Source of the DNA: Oligoflexales bacterium
GTDB taxonomy: Bacteria; Bdellovibrionota_B; Oligoflexia; Oligoflexales; RGVZ01
Length of the DNA stretch: 64,000 nucleotides
Direction: 5' to 3'
NCBI GenBank assembly: GCA_947445775.1
Contig: CANFEB010000003.1
Coordinates: forward strand, 40,643-104,642
A program made the translations under genes and the position numbers. The notes under the pieces are model-generated. The model was not told where the DNA came from, searched no databases, and was given only the letters and a program-made list of their open reading frames with translations. This document shows positions 58,235-64,000 of this stretch, one piece after another. Numbering within the stretch: position 1 is the stretch's first letter; each line of letters opens with the position of its first letter.

Positions 58235-59350
58235 TCAACTTTTATTGAGAAACAGCAAGGTGCTATCGCCGTAGCTAAACAGGCGGTATTTTTTTTCAAT
58301 GGCAGTGGCGTACATCGCCTTGGCATTGGCAAGGCCGATAAGAGCCGATATCAGCATGAATAAAGTCGACTTTGGTTGATGGAAATTTGTGATGATCCCA
58401 TCGGTCACCTTGGGACGGTAACGGTCTTCCGCCGTCTGCGGATGCAGGAACAGTCTGGTTTCATGCCATTGACCGCTTAGGTCTTCGGGGGGCAAACCTT
58501 TTTGCAAAGCCAGTTGCCACAGACTCTCGATAGCCCGAAACGAGGTCGTCCCCACGCAAAAGACCGGCGCTCCGGAATTTTTGGCCGCGATTATGGCGGC
58601 GACCGTGTTGGGTGGGACCAGAAAGTATTCAGCGTGAATCTGATGTAGCGCGACGTCCTCCTGGCGCACAGGCAGAAAGGTCCCGCCGCCGACGTGAAGG
58701 GTAACGCTGGCCAGGGTGCATCCCGATTTTTTCAGTTCTTCCAGCACCCCGGGCGTGAAGTGCAGACCTGCCGTTGGGGCCGCCACAGAACCCTTTACTT
58801 TGGCAAACACGGTCTCATAACGGGTTTTGTCCACGGGGTCGCGGCGGCGGAGGAGATCTCTGTGGATATAGGGCGGCAGAGGCGTTTCACCGATTTCATC
58901 AAGCCAGGAAAAAAAATCAAAATCAGGTTTGCCCTCACGGTGGCTGAATTCAACCTCGATACACGGAACCTCGCCGTCCGGGGCAGTTTCTATTGACCGG
59001 ACAACGGCCTCATTGCCCCCAGTGGAAAAAAGAATTTCGGTTCCGACCCGCAATTTTTTGAGTGGCTTTGCCATCGCGCGCCACGTCAGCCCAGATATCT
59101 GTTCAAGCAGAAAAATTTCAATCTGAGCACCAGTCTTCAAAAACCCATGGAGCCGGCTTTGAATGACACTGGTATCATTTAGAATAATCACCGAACCGGC
59201 AGGAAGGCACTGCGGCAGATCTTTGAAGATACGGTGACCGATCGAACCATCGGCTTGGCGCACCAGCATACGGGATTCATCTCGAACACGAGTTGGTTGT
59301 TGCGCCACCAACTCAGCTGGGACTTCATAGTCGAAGTCTGAAAGTTTCAT
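58235..59350 (-). CDS. queA: S-adenosylmethionine:tRNA ribosyltransferase-isomerase
   Basis: MKLSDFDYEVPAELVAQQP N-terminus and PTAGLHFT. ATG at 59350 is preferred over the upstream TTG. Confidence 0.93.
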   Translation of the reverse strand: MKLSDFDYEVPAELVAQQPTRVRDESRMLVRQADGSIGHRIFKDLPQCLPAGSVIILNDTSVIQSRLHGFLKTGAQIEIFLLEQISGLTWRAMAKPLKKLRVGTEILFSTGGNEAVVRSIETAPDGEVPCIEVEFSHREGKPDFDFFSWLDEIGETPLPPYIHRDLLRRRDPVDKTRYETVFAKVKGSVAAPTAGLHFTPGVLEELKKSGCTLASVTLHVGGGTFLPVRQEDVALHQIHAEYFLVPPNTVAAIIAAKNSGAPVFCVGTTSFRAIESLWQLALQKGLPPEDLSGQWHETRLFLHPQTAEDRYRPKVTDGIITNFHQPKSTLFMLISALIGLANAKAMYATAIEKKYRLFSYGDSTLLFLNKS

Positions 59351-59389
59351 GAGTATCGGAGTTTCTTGCAAGTGAGTTACCTAGCCCGC

Positions 59390-60832
59390 ATGGAAAATGG
59401 ATATTCATCATATCGCATGGCGGCGGCATGTGCGGCTTATTTTACGCTAATCTGTGCAACTTTTATGGGATCTGCTCGCCTTGAGGCGGGATGCCCACCC
59501 GCAATTTTTGCAGATGCTGCTGGGTTGGTATTTCCCGAAACAAAAAAGAGTGAATTGTTGATGGTGTCGCGGGCTAAATCGGGTTGGGCCAAGGTTCCTC
59601 ATGACGTTATTCCCTTGAGGCTGCCATCACCCCCCCATCGCAGGCAACAAACCATGGGCCGAAATGGTCCGCAGCCGCTTTCATCGCAGCGTTTTATAGT
59701 CGATTTTCGCGACCAATGGTGGACGCGCAGCGTGGTGTCGAATCAAGACATTCTGATTGCTCCAGATTTTGCTGGCGCAGGTCGCGCTACAGGCCGTGAT
59801 CTGCGCGCCTACGCCGCTACTTTAGGGTGCCCGTCAGGTCGATTTTGGGAGGTAGAACAGACTGGATTCATGGCTGGTGGCGGATCGGCGACGAGATTCC
59901 TTTATTTGATGAAATGTCCCGGCGGCGCTGCTGCGGCGGAGCCGTCAAGAGTTCATTTTGATTCCAAAGAACTCAGCGTGGGGTCTCCCAGTTTTCGGTA
60001 TCAGATGAATCGCAGAAACCAGATGCTATTTGACCGTTTGGAGGCCGCAGGTGCCGGTGGTCCGATGGAACTTTTTCTGGAGGATGGAAATTTTGATATC
60101 CGTGCGGACTTCAAAAACTTCTTCAACATGCACTTTACGGCAGGCAATGTTGGTTCCAAGGTTGTTGCAGAGAGAAATGGTGCCGCAGTGTCCGTGACCA
60201 GACTTTCCTTTGATTTGAAAATGCTGTTCCTGAAGCTTGACCTCCAATTAAATACGGACCTTCTTTTTTTTCCTGACGCGGTTTTTTTGCCGATGATTAT
60301 GAAGATTCCACGGGATGCTTGGAAGTATGTCCATCCTGGTTCTGGCGTTCTTTATAGTTGGTTCTCTGCGAACAAAACGATGCTTCAAGAGTCGTGGACG
60401 GAGATGCCCCGTCGCCGCCTCTTTAAGACCAAGGGGGACGTGCGCCTTGAGGCGATGCAGGTTGCGGCACGGTATTGCATGGCGGACGGCAATTGCCGGT
60501 TTCGGGCAGCTGTTGGTCGCGGCGCCGAGAACAAAATCGTGGTGATGGAAGTTGTGATCCCGCGAACCATGGTGGAGTCAGGATTTTTTCCGCAGTATGT
60601 CGCCGATGCCCGTCCCGAAGTTCGTGAACTTGGATGGGATTGGGGTGCGGGTGGAGACGATGCAAAATCCCGTCGGCGCCGCGAAGGCCTTTACTTCGAG
60701 TTGTCTGGCCTTGGCAAAGGTGATCATGGATTTGAAATCTGGGTGCGTTTGATGTCGCCGGAAGACAGCCCGGCAATGGCGAGCATCTGCCCGGCGGAGA
60801 CTAGAGTCCGGGAAGTCACGGCTTTAAATTAG
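59390..60832 (+). CDS. Hypothetical secreted protein (~480 aa)
   Basis: Hydrophobic N-terminus (AAACAAYFTLICATFMGSA). No motif recognised. ATG at 59390 is preferred over TTG 59366. Confidence 0.5.
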   Translation: MENGYSSYRMAAACAAYFTLICATFMGSARLEAGCPPAIFADAAGLVFPETKKSELLMVSRAKSGWAKVPHDVIPLRLPSPPHRRQQTMGRNGPQPLSSQRFIVDFRDQWWTRSVVSNQDILIAPDFAGAGRATGRDLRAYAATLGCPSGRFWEVEQTGFMAGGGSATRFLYLMKCPGGAAAAEPSRVHFDSKELSVGSPSFRYQMNRRNQMLFDRLEAAGAGGPMELFLEDGNFDIRADFKNFFNMHFTAGNVGSKVVAERNGAAVSVTRLSFDLKMLFLKLDLQLNTDLLFFPDAVFLPMIMKIPRDAWKYVHPGSGVLYSWFSANKTMLQESWTEMPRRRLFKTKGDVRLEAMQVAARYCMADGNCRFRAAVGRGAENKIVVMEVVIPRTMVESGFFPQYVADARPEVRELGWDWGAGGDDAKSRRRREGLYFELSGLGKGDHGFEIWVRLMSPEDSPAMASICPAETRVREVTALN

Positions 60833-60846
60833 CGCTTTAAATTAGC
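60821..60846 (+). repeat. 13-bp perfect tandem duplication spanning the stop codon of the 59390-60832 ORF
   Basis: gctttaaattagc x2; the first copy contains the TAG stop. Confidence 0.9.
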
Positions 60847-60847
60847 T

Positions 60848-61987
60848 CTATAAATTGCGCTTGATGTGGCGCTTTTCGTGATCTGTGTAGAAGCGTGTGG
60901 CGTTACCGCCCGTGGTCGTGCGCGAGCCGTGGAATGGATAGCGAATTAAGGCCTCAAGGCCTGGGCGGAATTGGTTCCAATAGGAATCCATTTTTGCTGG
61001 CTGAGTGGTCTCAAGTTCAAGGGTGATGGTCGGGATGTTGCGCTCGTTGCCGGCATAATTGCCCAGGGAACCAGGGTAAAACGAATAATCAACGATTCGG
61101 TAATTACGCGAGCTTTCAGATATGGCGCGGATCAGTTTTTTGGCCTTGGCCTCGCTGTTGGTCATGGCACGTGGCAGTTGATCGCCAGGGCCATCGTAGT
61201 CAAGAAAGCCAAGGGGCGCATGGATCGATAAAATTTTGTCCGGATCGAACTCATCAATAAGTTGGATCTGGAACAGGGTTTCAATTTCGGAATTAGGAAA
61301 GTGACCAGGAAAATGGCTGACGCTTTTTTGGCGCCGCTCCTCCCACCAATGCTTTGCGCGTGGATACCAATCAGCCGTAAAAAAATTGCGATTCAAGTCC
61401 ACGCCCCAGTGGTTGGTCCGGGTGGGCATAGCGCGGGGGTTGCCCTTGATGCGCAAAAATCCATCTGGATTTACCAGTGGAGCGATCACCACGTGGATGC
61501 CAAGATTCTGGTAAAGCTCGGGTTTTTCCTGGAGCAGGCGCGCAAAACGAAATGCGATCGGAATCGGCGTCAGCTCATCCGGGTGGACGCCACCAAGCAG
61601 CAATGTGGTTTCTTCGCCCGCACCAAATTCGGCGTAAATCAGGGGTCGGCCGTTTATGGATTTGAGTCCAGCCTGCCAATTGACGCCGCCACACGGATTT
61701 TTTTCCCAGCCAAAGCGCTTAAACGCCTCTCCGAGATCGGAGCACATCCGCGCAAGGCTCGCTTTTTCAGTGGTGGTGTCGAACAAAAATTTTTTCAGCT
61801 GGCGCGTGCTGATGATCGGGATTGGCGCAAAGGCCATTCCAATGGGGAGGTCGATGAAATTGGAGTCAGGTGTTGAGGCTTTCGCGGGCTCGGGGGACGC
61901 CACCAGATTCAGGCAAACGGCGCTCCAGAGGGCGAGTAAAAAACTCGTCGCCCGATTTTTCGAAGCAATGGCCGCAGTACATGGCAT
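60848..61987 (-). CDS. M14-family zinc carboxypeptidase (MpaA/gamma-D-Glu-DAP amidase-like), secreted
   Basis: GGVHPDE (the HxxE zinc site), PLVNPDG, GVDLNRNF and LSIHAP. Has a signal peptide. Confidence 0.78.
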   Translation of the reverse strand: MPCTAAIASKNRATSFLLALWSAVCLNLVASPEPAKASTPDSNFIDLPIGMAFAPIPIISTRQLKKFLFDTTTEKASLARMCSDLGEAFKRFGWEKNPCGGVNWQAGLKSINGRPLIYAEFGAGEETTLLLGGVHPDELTPIPIAFRFARLLQEKPELYQNLGIHVVIAPLVNPDGFLRIKGNPRAMPTRTNHWGVDLNRNFFTADWYPRAKHWWEERRQKSVSHFPGHFPNSEIETLFQIQLIDEFDPDKILSIHAPLGFLDYDGPGDQLPRAMTNSEAKAKKLIRAISESSRNYRIVDYSFYPGSLGNYAGNERNIPTITLELETTQPAKMDSYWNQFRPGLEALIRYPFHGSRTTTGGNATRFYTDHEKRHIKRNL

Positions 61988-62504
61988 TCCGCAATTTTTC
62001 CCTTAAATACCAGCGGTTTTCACAGTTGGGACAACTGTAAATGTATTTTGCCTCAGGCGCCAGCCTTCGATGGATGTAAACCCCCTGGTCCACGGGCAGT
62101 CCCGTCCCCCGGAATTCATTCATTTTCGCATAAAAACGCCGGTTATGCCCCGGGTCCATCAGGCAGTCGTAAAGCCAGACGTGGGTCAGCTCGTGAAACA
62201 GGGTATAGGGGAGCAGTCGCGGGTCTTTGGCAAAATATTTCTGATTGAGCGTGATTTTTCGTTCAAAAAGGTAGGCCAGTCCCAGTTTTTGTTTCATCCG
62301 GGTATTGAAATCGATTTGCACGCCGGGCAACAGGCAACCCTCCGCCTGATTGCGAAAAAACGGCATGAAGCGAACGTAATAATCATAGGCAAACGACTCT
62401 AGGGTCGAACGGTCGATGGACCGCTGGCCATTAGAGTCTTTTGCCGTATCGAGCAACGGGTGAAACCATTGAGGCCTCACCGTGCGGACAAGTTCCGTGT
62501 CCAT
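61866..62504 (-). CDS. SprT-like zinc metalloprotease with a C-terminal zinc ribbon
   Basis: HELTHVW (HExxH) and CPNC...CGHC. ATG at 62504 is preferred over TTG 62528. The 3' end overlaps the M14 gene start by 122 nt. Confidence 0.68.
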   Translation of the reverse strand: MDTELVRTVRPQWFHPLLDTAKDSNGQRSIDRSTLESFAYDYYVRFMPFFRNQAEGCLLPGVQIDFNTRMKQKLGLAYLFERKITLNQKYFAKDPRLLPYTLFHELTHVWLYDCLMDPGHNRRFYAKMNEFRGTGLPVDQGVYIHRRLAPEAKYIYSCPNCENRWYLREKLRNAMYCGHCFEKSGDEFFTRPLERRLPESGGVPRARESLNT

Positions 62505-62571
62505 TCTCGCCCATCCTGGTTGACCCAAGAAATCTAGAATTCATTTTTTTTGTGCTTGAGCAGAGCAAAGC

Positions 62572-63735
62572 CTAGCACGTGGGCTTGAAAATTGGCGCAC
62601 CAAAATGAAGCCCGTCCCAAGGCGGGCGATTGGCCTGGCCAAGGGGTCGTAAAGCGACCAGCGAATCAGCTCTGGCCGTTTTTGAGCCGAGAGTCGCTGC
62701 CAGAATATTTTCTGGCGGCAGCGTGACCAGTTTTATTTGCGGCCAAGATTTTTTCCAGCGAGGGATGAGGTCGCCAGGCGAATTCCTAAAGGGCACGGGA
62801 CAGATTTTAAGTTGCGGGCCAAAGTCTGCGGGGTCATTGTTTGTGGCAACCTGAAGGGCAGGCAGTCCATCGGGCAGCCACCGCAAGGTCACGCCAGACT
62901 TTGCCTCAGCACCCGCCGCCTCCAAGGCATCCATGCAGCGCAGGATCAGTCCGGCCCGGTGCCGATCTGGTAGGGGCTCTCCCCAACAGGACCACCAGTG
63001 TTTTTGCAAAAGCCCAGCGACCTCATTGGCAAGGCGATCATGACAAAAATCGTCGCCTATATCAGAGGGCATCATCACTGCGAGCAAGCGGCTGGACATG
63101 CACCCCCGTTGCATCAAAGAGAAGGTATCGCGAAGGATCGCCGGAAAATCAGCGTCAAGATTCTCATAGTCCGCAATGCTGACGGTGATGGCCTCGCCAT
63201 GTCCGATGATTCGCGTTGCTTCAGGGACTAGAGCTCTGATTTTTGAGATTGTAGAGTTGTCGCCAAAAACCATGATGGCATCCCAAGTCACAGACTCCGA
63301 AAGCCGCCCCGCCAAATTCTCCAAGCGAAAATCCGGCGACAATAATTCAACGTGAATTCCAGACGCCCAAAGACGCCTGACCAACAACCTTGTGAAAGAC
63401 TCGGAATGTGCTTGTCCGCGATTAAGCCGCAGCGACACTGTGCGTCCCGATGCGAGGGCGATGGCCAGAGGATAAACGAGGGCAATGGGGTGTGTGTTGG
63501 GCGGTATTATCAGGATTTTTTTGCCAAGGGCGTTGACCCCGGAGGCTTCCAGATATTTTGTCCAAGCATCGCGGCTGTGTATGACGTGGCCCATACCCGC
63601 AAGTAAATCCTCTAGGGCAAGGGAGGCTGCTTTTTTTGAACCGATATCCTCCCCCAGCGCGGTGCAGGCCTCCTGACTTTCTACGAAGGCTTTAATGACC
63701 GGAAGCACCGCGCTGATTTGGAGCTTCAACATCAT
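62572..63735 (-). CDS. LuxC-family acyl-CoA reductase-like protein
   Basis: ALDH-fold-like layout and adjacency to a LuxE-like gene. ATG at 63735 forms an ATGA overlap with the upstream stop. Family call is from pattern memory only. Confidence 0.5.
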   Translation of the reverse strand: MMLKLQISAVLPVIKAFVESQEACTALGEDIGSKKAASLALEDLLAGMGHVIHSRDAWTKYLEASGVNALGKKILIIPPNTHPIALVYPLAIALASGRTVSLRLNRGQAHSESFTRLLVRRLWASGIHVELLSPDFRLENLAGRLSESVTWDAIMVFGDNSTISKIRALVPEATRIIGHGEAITVSIADYENLDADFPAILRDTFSLMQRGCMSSRLLAVMMPSDIGDDFCHDRLANEVAGLLQKHWWSCWGEPLPDRHRAGLILRCMDALEAAGAEAKSGVTLRWLPDGLPALQVATNNDPADFGPQLKICPVPFRNSPGDLIPRWKKSWPQIKLVTLPPENILAATLGSKTARADSLVALRPLGQANRPPWDGLHFGAPIFKPTC

Positions 63736-64000
63736 GTGCCCGCCAACAGTGAGCACCCTTTTAGGGGGGCGGTGTGGGCGCGGCCCAGCAGTTCAAAGCA
63801 GCCGTCTGGGGCGAGGCGTGCCACGTCTTCGGTGATGATGGGCAGCGGCAGGTCGATCCGGTTGAAATCAAAGACGCCCAGTAATCCCGTGCCACTTTGA
63901 TTCGCCGTCAGGGCCAAAGCCCCTAAAGCCTCGCCCTCATTGGCGATGCCGCTGACAATGAATGGGACAACATTTTTTTGAAAGCCCAGGGCGCGTTTTT
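63732..64000 (-). CDS. LuxE-type acyl-protein synthetase / adenylate-forming enzyme, 3' part only (runs off the window)
   Basis: The frame is open to nt 64000. The C-terminus (..DGCFELLGRAHTAPLKGCSLL) resembles the LuxE/PaaK-type 'F.l.GR....e.RGCS' ending. Confidence 0.45.
   Translation of the reverse strand, partial: KRALGFQKNVVPFIVSGIANEGEALGALALTANQSGTGLLGVFDFNRIDLPLPIITEDVARLAPDGCFELLGRAHTAPLKGCSLLAGT

Overview
This is a 64-kb, densely coding chromosomal window from a diderm (Gram-negative-type) bacterium with moderate GC content. Lineage is only a weak guess (a sigma-54-rich, Bdellovibrio/myxobacteria-like group). All calls below come from reading motifs and gene context by eye. No database or HMM search was possible.

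Most of the window is housekeeping:
- gyrA (5'-truncated) followed by gatC, gatA, gatB, a serine hydrolase and an FAD oxidoreductase
- an M50 protease gene and pyrG
- the LPS-transport / sigma-54 cluster kdsD, lptC, lptA, lptB, an insertion, then rpoN and rapZ
- glycine cleavage genes: gcvP, with gcvT-gcvH convergent to it
- two LPS-type glycosyltransferases
- ftsK, mdh and htpX
- two tandem tRNA-Ser genes
- murF, ddl, lspA, a clpC-like gene, slt and queA

I saw no rRNA, no CRISPR array, no intact IS element, no integrase and no prophage.

Unusual or accessory parts:
1. A 1.8-kb AT-richer insertion splits the conserved lptB-rpoN junction. It is flanked by a ~175-bp duplication of the lptB 3' end. 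It carries a 5'-truncated PIN-like ORF and a DUF4143-type AAA ATPase.
2. A decayed island lies downstream of the tRNA-Ser pair: an MFS gene fragment, an XRE regulator, a frameshifted ORF, and a GT-C glycosyltransferase whose 5' end is fused in frame to a DDE-transposase relic. It faces a translationally coupled methyltransferase-GT2-SMR (SugE/Gdx-type) operon. Together these form a candidate arn/gtr-like envelope-glycan modification module.
3. A beta-CASP/MBL homologue that has lost all metal-ligand motifs sits with small unknown ORFs directly upstream of ftsK.
4. MurF carries a Lys/Ala/Pro-rich, histone-H1-like N-terminal tail.
5. A VIT1 transporter gene is translationally coupled to a porin-like gene.
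6. A LuxC/LuxE-type pair runs off the right edge.

I did not find a complete, clearly novel multi-gene system. The items above are the best leads, and their interest scores are deliberately moderate.
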